A stretch of 39,519 bases of DNA, taken from the NCBI GenBank assembly GCA_030680955.1, contig JAUXUB010000042.1:1-39519 (forward strand), written 5' to 3'. Made by a program: the position numbers and the translations under genes. This DNA comes from a bacterium (GTDB taxonomy: Bacteria > Patescibacteriota > Minisyncoccia > UBA6257 > JACOXY01). Below, piece after piece: positions 7,979-16,976 of the stretch (the stretch's first letter is position 1; each line of letters begins with the position of its first letter). Below the pieces are notes generated by a model that did not search any database, was not told the DNA's origin, and saw only the letters and a list, made by a program, of their open reading frames with translations.

Positions 7979-8079
7979 TCCCAGGCGGTCTGTTTAACGC
8001 GTTAGCTAAGCCACTCCGAGGGTCGATACTCGAAATAGCGAACAGACATCGTTTACGGCGTGGACTACAAGGGTATCTA

Positions 8080-8867
8080 CAATTTTGTTACTGAACAAAA
8101 TTGTAATTTTCAATTTTCAAACACCAATTTACAATTAAATTCCAATGCTTAAAACTTAAAATTACAAAATTATTACTGGCATGGACATTTCTACCATGCT
8201 CTGCATGTCGCCATGCAGTTCGGACTATATCTTATCAAAAAAATTATATGGCGAGTGAGATTCACTCGCCTTTTTTTGATCTCAGCGTATAGTCTCTGAG
8301 GGAATCACAAATTTATCTTGGTCTATTTTAAATCTATCTGGAATTAATTGCCTCATCAAGCAACCTATCTGGCGCTAAACGAAGCCCGCACACAGCACAA
8401 TGCGCATGCTTTTTATTTTCCAAACTCGTATTATTTTCAGAACAATTAATATCCATACAAACAGGTCTGGCTACAGTGGACAAACAATTTGAACACCATC
8501 CAGCGATTGTTTCCATGATATCCTCTTTCTTTGTGATCTTCCCTGCTGGTTGTCTGCACCAACAGATTTTTACCTTTCGGTACTGTTGGATACTCAGGGT
8601 TTCCAGCATATAGCTAAGTTATCCGAGCACATAAAGCTTATGTGCTCGGGGACTATTCTCCTCCATACCCATGGAGGGATTATTTTTTTGATTTTTGATT
8701 TCTAGCTGTGGTCAGGTCTTTGTGAAGAAGCTCTCGGAGCTCGATTTGCTTGGTCCGCCTCTGGCGGAAATCGAGCGAGAGCGCAGGTCCGATTTTTCGC
8801 AGGAAAAAATCGAGACCGATTCTAAACAAAGATCTGACCGCAGTAGACGCAAAAAAATAATCAGTTA
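8080..8867 (-). mobile_element. about 788-bp insertion in the 16S 790-loop region (GGAT|TAGATACCC)
   Basis: It splits the GGATTAGATACCC block. The 5' exon can end in U and the insert in G, as in group I introns. It contains many perfect helices, e.g. CCGAGCACATAA..TTATGTGCTCGG and GCTCGATTT..AAATCGAGC. Confidence 0.7.
8334..8609 (-). CDS. Cys-rich small ORF inside the second 16S insertion (function unknown)
   Basis: METIAGWCSNCLSTVARPVCMDINCSENNTSLENKKHAHCAVCGL has CxxC..C..C..CxxC, which looks zinc-ribbon-like. The probable start is the ATG at 8516. I see no LAGLIDADG, GIY-YIG or HNH motif. Confidence 0.35.
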   Translation of the reverse strand: MLETLSIQQYRKVKICWCRQPAGKITKKEDIMETIAGWCSNCLSTVARPVCMDINCSENNTSLENKKHAHCAVCGLRLAPDRLLDEAINSR

Positions 8868-9708
8868 ATCCTTTTTGCTCCCCACGCTTTCGTGTTTCAG
8901 GGTCAGGTGCGCCCCAGTGAACTGCCTTCGCCTTTGGTATTCCGCACGATATCAACGGATTTCACCCCTACACCGTGCGTTCTATTCACCTCTAGCGCCC
9001 TCTAGCACTGCAGTATCCTAAGCAGCCTTACCGTTAGGCGGTAAGATTTAACATAAGACTTGCAGAGCCCCCTACACACCCTTTACGCCCAATAAATCCG
9101 GATAACGCTCGAGGTCTACGTATTACCGCGGGTGCTGGCACGTAGTTACCAACCTCTTTCCATACGCTACTCTGCCGAAGCTTGTTTGCGTATTACCGCA
9201 GTTTACAACCCGAAGGCCTTCTTCCTGCACGCGGCGTCGCTCCATCAGGCTTTCGCCCATTGTGGAATATTCTCGACTGCTGCCTCCCGTAGGAGTACGG
9301 ACCGTTTCTCAGTTCCGTCGTTGGAGATCGGGCTCTCACCCCTCCTACCCGTCATAGCCTTGGTGAGCCATTACCTCACCAACTAGCTGATAGGACCTAA
9401 GCCACTCCCGAAGCGAATTGCTTCTTTAATATTGCTATACCATCGGATATTACCCCATCTTTCAATGGGCTATCTCCGACTTCGGGGTATGTACTAGGGT
9501 ATTACTAACTCGTTCGCCACTATCCGGCGCGTAGCGCCGGAACATTTAAATGTTGAAATATTTAAATATCCCAGTGCTACGCACTGGACCGTTCGACTTG
9601 CATGCCTTATCCACGCCGCCAGCGTTCATCCTGGACCAGGATCAAATCCTCTTTTAAAAATAAATTGCAAAGTACACTCGATCGAGGACCTTGCAATTAA
9701 TCTTTCTA

Positions 9709-9735
9709 TTGGGATAACTTAAAAACTCTCTTTTT
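9709..9735 (-). other. 5' half of the pre-16S processing stem
   Basis: Complementary to 5896-5924 in the minus-strand transcript. It lies about 55 nt upstream of the mature 5' end. Confidence 0.6.
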
Positions 9736-9853
9736 GTCCGCCATAGCTCAAAGAGCGAAGGCGGATTACTAACTCTTTTAATTTTTTTATTGGTTCCTTA
9801 TTAAATTTTCGAAGTACCGAATGCTTGTAATTCTGAATTTCAGAATTAAAACA

Positions 9854-9984
9854 CCCGCCCAAGCCTTCGCGCTTCTAGCGAAAGAAACTCTAAAATCTAA
9901 TTTCTAATTTCTAAATTCTAAAATTTTTGTTTAGGATTTAGATTTTAAACTTTAGGCTTTCCTTCTGAAAGAAGGCTGGGGCGG
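9854..9984. repeat. periodic-unit hairpin in the 16S leader
   Basis: CCCGCCCAAGCCTTC / GAAGGCTGGGGCGG closes arms of CTAAAAT/CTAATTT units paired with TTTAGGATTTAGATTTT. Confidence 0.7.
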
Positions 9985-10049
9985 ATGCTCTAAAACTAAG
10001 CCAATATAATGTTTTTAATTTATCTACACTATATTACGTAAGTAGGATA

Positions 10050-10077
10050 AATATAGCAAATATGCAGATATCGTCAA
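10050..10077 (-). promoter_or_regulatory. candidate sigma70-type promoter for the 16S transcript
   Basis: The minus strand reads TTGACG-16 nt-TATATT, about 400 nt upstream of the mature 16S 5' end. Confidence 0.5.
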
Positions 10078-10132
10078 GGGCTTTTTGTAAATATTAAAAG
10101 ACTCTAATTTAAATGTTTTTATTTAAGTTTAT

Positions 10133-10162
10133 TTGACAAAACGACGATTTAAATGTTATATT
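10133..10162 (+). promoter_or_regulatory. candidate promoter for the small membrane-peptide gene
   Basis: TTGACA-17/18 nt-TATATT, divergent from the 16S promoter. Confidence 0.55.
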
Positions 10163-10222
10163 GCCTCCAGAACTTGGGATTGAATATTTCCAACCAAAAA
10201 ACCAAGAGAAAGGTGCTGAACA

Positions 10223-10390
10223 ATGAGATACTTCGGTTTCGGAATGATTTGGATCGGATATGGTATAGCGGTTGCGGGCGCGGCGTTCGGTGGATTGCAT
10301 GGCGGCGATATCGGCGGAGTTGCGTTTGGTGGAGGTTTCATCTGTTTTCTCGCTTCTGCAATTTATGCTAGCGCCTTTAGCAACAATTGA
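10223..10390 (+). CDS. 55-aa glycine-rich small membrane protein (below the ORF-track cutoff)
   Basis: MRYFGFGMIWIGYGIAVAGAAFGGLHGGDIGGVAFGGGFICFLASAIYASAFSNN. It has its own promoter, a GAAAGGTG motif upstream, and a terminator. Confidence 0.55.
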   Translation: MRYFGFGMIWIGYGIAVAGAAFGGLHGGDIGGVAFGGGFICFLASAIYASAFSNN

Positions 10391-10410
10391 AAATCTTTAT
10401 GCATAAAAAG

Positions 10411-10440
10411 GCCGCGTCACGGGACGCGGCATTTTATTTT
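10411..10440 (+). terminator. rho-independent terminator
   Basis: GCCGCGTC-acgg-GACGCGGC followed by ATTTTATTTT. Confidence 0.8.
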
Positions 10441-10489
10441 AAATACAATTTTGTAATAAAAAGAAAAGTGTGATATTTTATACTATCCC

Positions 10490-10635
10490 CAATTAACCAC
10501 TTCCTTTAAGACTTTTGTCATTGCGAGGGCGAAGCCCGCGGCAATCTAGGAAATAACGGGATAAATTTGGATTGCTTCGTCGTTCCTCCTCGCAAAGACG
10601 AGATTAAAAGAGTAGTGGTTAATTGGGGATGGTAT
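10490..10635. mobile_element. MITE-like element (H3), copy B
   Basis: Same sequence family and orientation as 37483-37638. Confidence 0.85.
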
Positions 10636-10669
10636 TAGAACAAGATCATAAAGAAAAAAGGAGAAGTAT

Positions 10670-10868
10670 ATGCAAGAGCAAAGTGAACTTCAAACTCTTC
10701 TAAAATCATATTTAAAAAAATAATCCACAAGGCGCGAAAGAACTTGCCGAAGAATTTGAAATAGCAATCGGCACAATCATCAGATGGGCAAATGGTGTCT
10801 CTCACCCATATCCGCAAGTTACCCAAAAAGTCATCGCTATTCTTAAGACGAAAACACAAACAGGATAA
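10670..10868 (+). pseudogene. small HTH-like protein gene interrupted at an A7 tract
   Basis: AAGGAG 7 nt before the ATG. MQEQSELQTLLKSYLKK* continues in the +1 frame as NNPQGAKELAEEFEIAIGTIIRWANGVSHPYPQV..TQTG*. A terminator follows. Confidence 0.45.
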
Positions 10869-10920
10869 TATTAGTCCTGTTTTATTTTAAAAAAACACCG
10901 CAATGCGGTGATTTTTGTTT
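10861..10920 (+). terminator. two tandem terminator hairpins (the second plausibly bidirectional)
   Basis: CAGGA..TCCTG followed by TTTTATTTT, then CACCGCAATGCGGTG flanked by an A-run and ATTTTTGTTT. Confidence 0.65.
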
Positions 10921-10938
10921 AATCCTATTTAAAATCTA

Positions 10939-11214
10939 CTACCAAGATTTAGGTTTTGGTGGTGGTGGCACCAGAATATTTTTTTCGAGAGATTTCAAAG
11001 CTAAATACATTTTTACGTCTGGATGCTCTTTAATAGAGTTTGCTAAATTAGGATTTGAGCTTTCTATAGAAGGCATTATAAAACTTATTTGGCAGAAAGC
11101 TCGAACCGCTTCAGATTCAGCGAGATCCTGAATGCCTCTTTCAATTATGTGTCTATGAGCTTCAGATAATCCTTCCTCCGTATTGTTTTCACTACTGTCT
11201 AAATTTTCAGTCAT
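10939..11214 (-). CDS. hypothetical protein, 91 aa
   Basis: Intact ORF with an acidic N-terminus and a PPPPKPKSW tail. No motif recognised. Confidence 0.45.
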   Translation of the reverse strand: MTENLDSSENNTEEGLSEAHRHIIERGIQDLAESEAVRAFCQISFIMPSIESSNPNLANSIKEHPDVKMYLALKSLEKNILVPPPPKPKSW

Positions 11215-11265
11215 AAATTTTAATTTAATTGCTACCTCTTTAATAATGGCAAAAAAAACGACCTT

Positions 11266-11430
11266 TTATTGTGAATGCATTTTCTTTTCAATCATCGCAA
11301 CGCGTTTTTCAAGTACCACAAACTCATCGCGAGAAACTTTTTCTATAGAATCCATGTGCTCCAGCATTACACCAATACGATGTTCTTCGGAACGTCCATT
11401 GTTTGATTTTTCTTTGGCTTTTTTTATCAT
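11266..11430 (-). CDS. 54-aa hypothetical coiled-coil-like protein (below the ORF-track cutoff)
   Basis: MIKKAKEKSNNGRSEEHRIGVMLEHMDSIEKVSRDEFVVLEKRVAMIEKKMHSQ. TATAAT lies directly upstream of the ATG. Confidence 0.35.
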   Translation of the reverse strand: MIKKAKEKSNNGRSEEHRIGVMLEHMDSIEKVSRDEFVVLEKRVAMIEKKMHSQ

Positions 11431-11493
11431 GGCTTTATTATAATAACAATCCTATTAATTGCGCAAGTTCAAGTAATTTCCTTGTAATTTTGT

Positions 11494-11526
11494 TATTCGT
11501 ATATTCGCCAAATTCGTAAATTCGTG
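11494..11526. repeat. ATTCGT unit array (H2), 4 direct units
   Basis: TATTCGTATATTCGCCAAATTCGTAAATTCGTGG abuts the fusA stop codon. Confidence 0.7.
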
Positions 11527-11529
11527 GAG

Positions 11530-13629
11530 TTACTTCTTTCCTTCAATAATGAGCGCAGAAACACTTTGCGGAACCTCATCATAGTGAGAAAATTCCATTG
11601 TGAAACTTCCGCGACCTTGTGTCATGGAACGTAATTTTGTTGCATAACCAAACATTTCTGAAAGTGGAACTTTGGCATCCACAACTTTTATAATTCCGCG
11701 CTCGGACATTTCTTCTATCTTACCTCGCTTGGAACTTAAATCTCCTGTAATATCACCAAGATAATCTGGTGGAATAATAACTTGAATTTTCATAATAGGT
11801 TCCAAAATAACTGGCTTAGCAAGATTCGCGGCTGCGCGTAGCGCCATAGACCCCGCAAGTTTAAATGCAATTTCGGATGAGTCTACATCGTGATAAGAAC
11901 CATCAAAAACTGTAACCTCAACATCCGTCATCAAATGTCCCGAAATAACACCTCTAGACAAAGCTTCTTTAACACCTTTTTCAATTGGCGATATGAATTC
12001 TTTAGGAATTGAACCTCCCTTTGTTGCGTCAATAAATTCAAATCCTTTGCCACGCTCCATTGGTTTAACTCTAAGCCAGCAATGTCCGTATTGTCCTTTA
12101 CCACCAGATTGCTTAATGTATTTTCCTTCCGCTTCTGCTTCTTTTTTTATAGTTTCTTTATATGCAACTTGAGGTTTGCCAGTATTTGTCTGAACACCAA
12201 ATTCACGCTTCATTCTGTCTACTAAAATTTCTAAGTGCAATTCACCCATGCCAGAGATAATGGTCTCGCCAGTTTCAAGATCTCCTGCAACTCTAAATGT
12301 TGGGTCTTCTTCAGTTAACTTATGCAAGGCCACACCCATTTTTTCTTGGTCAGCTTTTGTCTTCGGATCAATTCTCATAGAAATAACTGGCTCTGGGAAA
12401 GTGATGGACTCTAGTATTATAGGATTATCAATATCGCAAATAGTATCTCCTGTTGAAGTATCTTTTGCACCAACGAGTGCCGCAATATTCCCTGCTTCTA
12501 CTTCTTCTACTTCTTCGCGTTCATTGGCGTGTAGTCGCACAATACGCCCAACTCTTTCCTGAGTATTCTTTGAAGAATTCGCTACATAAGTACCGCGCTT
12601 TATGACACCTGAATAGACTCTAAAAAATGTGAGTGAACCAACAAAAGGATCTGTCGCAACTTTAAATGCGAGCGCTGAAAACGGTTCATTGTCTGCCGGT
12701 TTACGTTCTATTTCTGCACTACTTTTTGGATCTATTCCCTTAACAGGCGGAAGGTCAATTGGGCTTGGCAAATAATCCACAACGGCGTCTAACATAAATT
12801 GAACTCCTTTATTTTTTAGAGCTGAACCACAAAAAACAGGAATTAATTCTACCGCTAGTGTTGCTTTGCGCAAAACTCTTTTCAAATCTGCAAGTGACGG
12901 AACTTTCCCTTCTAAATAAGCGCTCATTAATGCGTCGTCTTTTTCTACAATTTTTTCAATTAAATCATGACGTCTTTTTTCTGCTTCGGCTTTAAGATTT
13001 TCTGGTATTTCAATTTCTTTAATAACAACGCCCATTTCTCCGGTAAAGTCATATGCCTTCATTGTAAGTAAATCGATTAGCCCCTCGTGCTCCGCTTCTA
13101 GTCCAATCGGAATTTGCAAGGCAATGGCGTTTGGAGTTAGACGATCTAGAATAGAATCGAAACTCTTTTCAAAACTTGCACCAGTGCGATCTAGTTTATT
13201 TATAAAACAAATGCGAGGAACTTTATATTCATCTGCGTAGTGCCAATTTGTTTCAGATTGTGGTTCCACTCCAGCAACACCATCAAAAACTACAACAGCG
13301 CCGTCCAATACGCGCATAGAGCGTTTAACCTCTACTGTGAAATCGATGTGACCTGGAGTATCTATTATATTGAAGCGATACTTTTGATTTTTGTCTCCTG
13401 TTGCATAAGTTGGCGTCCAAAAACAAGTTGTTGCCGCTGCTGTAATTGTAATACCACGTTCGCGTTCTTGTTCCATCCAATCCATTACAGTATCCCCTGT
13501 ATGAACCTCACCAATTTTATGTGATACGCCTGTATAAAAAAGTACCCGTTCTGTAACGGTAGTTTTTCCGGCATCAATGTGAGCAATAATGCCGATGTCT
13601 CTTGTTTTTTCTATTGGGTAATCTCTCAT
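11530..13629 (-). CDS. fusA: elongation factor G
   Basis: 699 aa with [18 protein letters not shown] and full-length EF-G-like sequence, downstream of rpsL-rpsG. Confidence 0.97.
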   Translation of the reverse strand: MRDYPIEKTRDIGIIAHIDAGKTTVTERVLFYTGVSHKIGEVHTGDTVMDWMEQERERGITITAAATTCFWTPTYATGDKNQKYRFNIIDTPGHIDFTVEVKRSMRVLDGAVVVFDGVAGVEPQSETNWHYADEYKVPRICFINKLDRTGASFEKSFDSILDRLTPNAIALQIPIGLEAEHEGLIDLLTMKAYDFTGEMGVVIKEIEIPENLKAEAEKRRHDLIEKIVEKDDALMSAYLEGKVPSLADLKRVLRKATLAVELIPVFCGSALKNKGVQFMLDAVVDYLPSPIDLPPVKGIDPKSSAEIERKPADNEPFSALAFKVATDPFVGSLTFFRVYSGVIKRGTYVANSSKNTQERVGRIVRLHANEREEVEEVEAGNIAALVGAKDTSTGDTICDIDNPIILESITFPEPVISMRIDPKTKADQEKMGVALHKLTEEDPTFRVAGDLETGETIISGMGELHLEILVDRMKREFGVQTNTGKPQVAYKETIKKEAEAEGKYIKQSGGKGQYGHCWLRVKPMERGKGFEFIDATKGGSIPKEFISPIEKGVKEALSRGVISGHLMTDVEVTVFDGSYHDVDSSEIAFKLAGSMALRAAANLAKPVILEPIMKIQVIIPPDYLGDITGDLSSKRGKIEEMSERGIIKVVDAKVPLSEMFGYATKLRSMTQGRGSFTMEFSHYDEVPQSVSALIIEGKK

Positions 13630-13772
13630 AAAAAATCTAAAAAATAAAATATCAAATCTAAAATATACATCTCAAAATTAAAATCTTAAAAACGTGAAAC
13701 TGCTAAATCAAAATTGACCAGATTTAAGATGTAGTTTTGAGATTTAACCTTTGAGATTTCAGATAATTTTTA
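13630..13772. repeat. AT-rich periodic-unit hairpin (family H4) filling the rpsG-fusA spacer
   Basis: It shares the 23-nt core TAAGATGTAGTTTTGAGATTTAA (13725-13747) with 20799-21. The arms are AAATCT/ATCTCAAA units. Confidence 0.75.
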
Positions 13773-14240
13773 CTATCTCGCGAAATGAGCAAAAGCTCTG
13801 TTTGCTTCTGCCATTCTGTGGACATCTTGTTTCTTCTTTATAGCTGCGCCTTCATTCTTATAGGCTGCAAATAATTCTTCAGCAAGTTTATCTGCCATTG
13901 GCTTTCCTTTTTTTGCCCTAGCCGCAGAAATAATCCATCTAGCCGCTAACATAAAGCGTCTTTCACGCCTTACTTCATGAGGAACCTGATAGTTTGCTCC
14001 ACCAACTCGGCGTGAACGAACCTCAACCAAAGGAGATGCATTCTCTAATGCTTTTTCGAAAACATCTTTAGGGTCTAAGCTTTGTTCCTTTTTAATTTTT
14101 TCTAATGCGCCATAAACCACTCTTTCTGCTACGCTTTTTTTACCATCGTGCATAACATAGTTAATAAATCGCGAAATAGCGATGTTATCAAATTCAATAT
14201 CTGGCTTATAAAATTTTTTGTGGATTTGTTTTTTACGCAA
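13773..14240 (-). CDS. rpsG: 30S ribosomal protein S7
   Basis: ..VMHDGKKSVAERVVYGALE..VEVRSRRVGGANYQVP matches S7. The start is an apparent TTG. Confidence 0.95.
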   Translation of the reverse strand: MRKKQIHKKFYKPDIEFDNIAISRFINYVMHDGKKSVAERVVYGALEKIKKEQSLDPKDVFEKALENASPLVEVRSRRVGGANYQVPHEVRRERRFMLAARWIISAARAKKGKPMADKLAEELFAAYKNEGAAIKKKQDVHRMAEANRAFAHFAR

Positions 14241-14328
14241 GATAAAGCGAATACTACGAATTTATGAACGAATGATACGAATAAAATATTCGTATCATTC
14301 GGTATTCATTCGTGTCATTCGTATTACA
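14241..14328. repeat. ATTCGT periodic palindrome (H2) filling the rpsL-rpsG spacer
   Basis: ACGAATGATACGAATAAAATATTCGTATCATTCGG core with extra units on both sides. Confidence 0.85.
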
Positions 14329-14742
14329 TTATTTTTTTGGTGTCTTAGCACCATACTTAGACCTTTGCTGTTTCCTACCTTCTACTCCTCCAGCATCAAG
14401 CACACCACGAACAATGTGGTAACGAACACCAGGAAGATCTTTTACTTTACCACCTCGAATCATAACAACAGAGTGCTCTTGTAATTTATGTCCTTCACCG
14501 GGAATATATGCCGAAACTACCATACCATTAGTTAACTTAACTCTGGCAACTTTTCTAAGTGCGGAGTTTGGCTTTTTTGGGGTAGTTGTAAAAACTTTAA
14601 GACAGACTCCTCTTTTAAAAGGTGAATTTGAAATAATTGGAGCGTTTTTAATAGTATTAAAATAAAGCTCAAGTGCAGGAGATTTGTTTTTCTTAACCTT
14701 ATCTTTACGACAATTTTTTAAAAGTTGTTTATATGTCGGCAC
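14329..14742 (-). CDS. rpsL: 30S ribosomal protein S12
   Basis: ..[37 protein letters not shown]-like sequence. GTG start. Confidence 0.95.
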   Translation of the reverse strand: MPTYKQLLKNCRKDKVKKNKSPALELYFNTIKNAPIISNSPFKRGVCLKVFTTTPKKPNSALRKVARVKLTNGMVVSAYIPGEGHKLQEHSVVMIRGGKVKDLPGVRYHIVRGVLDAGGVEGRKQQRSKYGAKTPKK

Positions 14743-15002
14743 AAAAACAATTACAAATTATAAATGCTGAATTTTGAATAATTTAGCATTCAACATTCAT
14801 CATTTAGCATTACTTTAGAATAGTTTCAAGATTATAGCAAAACATGTAAAAAGTCAACCAAAAACGCATTATATAAGTAATGACCTAAAAATCGCCCCAA
14901 GCTGGAACGATTTTTTCTATACATGTCTCTGTAATAAGTTATTGGTTGTCGGTTACCCACTCAACGTTACATGCTCCTTGTCACATGTTGCTTTTGTATG
15001 CT

Positions 15003-15689
15003 TTATCTTCCTTCCATGTCTTTCTTTAATCCCTTTATAATCTCTTCTGCGGTGTCCCTGCCACCAAGGCCAAAAGCAATTCCGCCAGCTAAGGCGAGCA
15101 TGGCAATAAGTCCTGTAATTAAAGTGTTAATTATAGCTACAGCAATGCCAAGTTGCAAAAGTGCGGCAAAAAAACCAAAAATGGCAACTGCCCACCAAGT
15201 AAGCGAACCAAGAAAATTAGACGCATGCAACTTTGCACTTTTAACTGAGGCAATTACAGCGCCACTTAAAAAATTAGCCACAACGACAGATGCGAGCATT
15301 ATTAAGACTGCAATAATAACCTGCGGGATGTAAGCCAAGACCTGTTTTAAGAAATCTGAAAACGCAGTAAATTTCAAAATATCAGAAACTGCAAGCAAAA
15401 AAGCAATAAGCATAAACCAATAAACTAGATTACCCAAAAGCTTCCCCGAATCAATTTTCAAACCTGCGCGCTCCGCATATTCACCAATCCCCAGCTTTAA
15501 AAGAGCAGCATCAAAATGCGCCATCTCAAATAAACGCATAATTAATTGTTTAAGCCCCGAAGCCACAATTAAACCAAAAATAAGAACGATTAACGCTCCT
15601 ACTACGCTTGGCAAATATTGAACAATAAAATTGTCCCACGAAGTGATAAGTGATGCCATAAGAGAATCCATCCAATTTGATATAACCAT
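15003..15689 (-). CDS. multi-pass membrane protein with repeated conserved TM-helix segments (MscS N-terminal-like)
   Basis: 228 aa with about 5-6 hydrophobic helices and repeated ..V.YLP.V..A..IL..G.. type segments. The family assignment is from memory only. Confidence 0.5.
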   Translation of the reverse strand: MVISNWMDSLMASLITSWDNFIVQYLPSVVGALIVLIFGLIVASGLKQLIMRLFEMAHFDAALLKLGIGEYAERAGLKIDSGKLLGNLVYWFMLIAFLLAVSDILKFTAFSDFLKQVLAYIPQVIIAVLIMLASVVVANFLSGAVIASVKSAKLHASNFLGSLTWWAVAIFGFFAALLQLGIAVAIINTLITGLIAMLALAGGIAFGLGGRDTAEEIIKGLKKDMEGR

Positions 15690-15779
15690 AAAATTTATTC
15701 TGAAAATGATTCTTTGTAATTAAGGATACCTTAATTACTTAAACCAAAATTCCAGTTTCATTATTTTAGTAAATGGATT

Positions 15780-15810
15780 AATATTATCGAAGTCGGACTT
15801 CGATAATATT
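15780..15810. repeat. perfect 31-nt palindrome related to H1 (AATATTATCGAAGTC-G-GACTTCGATAATATT)
   Basis: Seen directly in the sequence. It shares the AATATT box and the GAAGTCGGA arm motif. Confidence 0.7.
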
Positions 15811-15990
15811 AAAAATCAAGAAATTTCCGCAAAATAGACGCAAAATACTTTGACGATGTCTAAAGCGGCGACCTTTTTAATTAAAAACCTAAGCTTAGAT
15901 TACTTAGTTTTATTAATGTCTTTCTATAGTATACCATTTTTAAAAATCAAATTTAATTCAAATAACTTAGTTGTAGAATACGAGTAATTA

Positions 15991-16359
15991 TTAGAATAAA
16001 TCTGTGATTCGTGAACGTGCCAATTGATCCATCTCCTTATCATTATAATTGTCGATGTGTGTAGAAATACATAAAAAAGCGATGATGGAGCCTTTTACGC
16101 CAAACCACATTCTTGGATATTGATTCGGGCGCAAACCAGAATTTGGTATAACAAGCTCTACTTTCCACATCGACCAAATATCATTTTGTGTTATACGGTG
16201 AAGTTTGGCTGGCGCAACGACTTGTTTCGGATCTGTCGGATGGAATTGCACCTCACATAAGCGCTCAAATGCGGCGAAACCATCACGAACACAACGAAAT
16301 CGCCGCTCAATGGCAGCTATCTCTTTTTGGATTCCATCGTGATACAGAAACTCAATCAT
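15991..16359 (-). CDS. putative toxin, RelE/HigB-like fold (inferred)
   Basis: 122 aa. WKVELVIPNSGLRPNQYPRMWFGVKGSIIAFLCISTH resembles the RelE/ParE K.R...GKSGG.RvIY...I.LL core. ATGA overlap with the upstream Panacea gene. Confidence 0.5.
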   Translation of the reverse strand: MIEFLYHDGIQKEIAAIERRFRCVRDGFAAFERLCEVQFHPTDPKQVVAPAKLHRITQNDIWSMWKVELVIPNSGLRPNQYPRMWFGVKGSIIAFLCISTHIDNYNDKEMDQLARSRITDLF

Positions 16360-16847
16360 AGATCGCTAAAATCTGTACCACGATAGAAAGCTAATTCATA
16401 AGGTATTTCTTTTCGTAATTCAGTTCCAATAAAAGGTGCTTCGGCATGAGACAACTCTTCTAACTGTTTGCCATTAAGATGGCCATATTTTATTACAATG
16501 CGGTTAAGCATTTTCTTCTCTTCTTCATCAAAAACAGATACATCTGGTTTCGCAATACAGCGATATATTTCTGTTGCGTTATAGTCTTCGCGCTCTTTTA
16601 TATCTTGAATAGCAATCAATTTCTTTTTTGTCATTTCCGAAGTAATACCCTCAAGTCCCGATGGAAGCGGTCCCATAGGGAAAGCTTTATATACATCTCC
16701 GGTTAATGATCGCTGTCTTTTTTCGTACAAATCAAAATCAGCGAAATAGAGTAATTTCGCCAGCTTTTTCTTGCCACGCACCTCTCCGCCGAGCTTTTGG
16801 CATAAATACAGAACGGCATTCTGATACTTTTTTCGGTTTAGAACCAT
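16356..16847 (-). CDS. Panacea (DUF4065 / SocA-like) domain antitoxin
   Basis: KKLAKLLYFADFDLYEKRQRSLTGDVYKAFPMGPLP matches the DUF4065 signature. TATAAAT lies directly before the ATG. Confidence 0.7.
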   Translation of the reverse strand: MVLNRKKYQNAVLYLCQKLGGEVRGKKKLAKLLYFADFDLYEKRQRSLTGDVYKAFPMGPLPSGLEGITSEMTKKKLIAIQDIKEREDYNATEIYRCIAKPDVSVFDEEEKKMLNRIVIKYGHLNGKQLEELSHAEAPFIGTELRKEIPYELAFYRGTDFSDL

Positions 16848-16905
16848 ATTTATATAGTAATAGAGTATGCGCGTAGATACAAGCTGGGGCGACTTATCTT
16901 ATATG

Positions 16906-16976
16906 TGGACCTTACGAGAATCGAACTCGTATCTCCCGGATGCAAACCGGGTGCTCTACCATTAAGCTAAAGGCCC
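16906..16976 (-). tRNA. tRNA-Ala (UGC), CCA not encoded
   Basis: Hand-folded cloverleaf GGGCCTT-TA-GCTT..GAGC-A-CCCGG-TTTGCAT-CCGGG-AGAT-ACGAG-TTCGATT-CTCGT-AAGGTCC-A. A G3:U70 pair is present. Confidence 0.9.

Noticed and set aside
10635-11443. ORFs 10635..10859 (minus) and 11183..11443 (plus)
   Set aside because: The first is antisense to the SD-led HTH-like frame and its terminators. The second is antisense to a better-supported 54-aa minus-strand ORF and overlaps the 5' end of the 10939..11214 gene.
12248-15333. Antisense ORFs inside fusA (12248..12562, 13240..13524), the rpsG/rpsL region (14218..14484) and the membrane protein gene (14971..15333). Similar cases lie inside the HK, GT, IMPDH, nrdJ, ftsZ and ftsA genes
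   Set aside because: Each lies opposite a gene with strong family motifs. They have no motifs of their own and show typical shadow-ORF composition.
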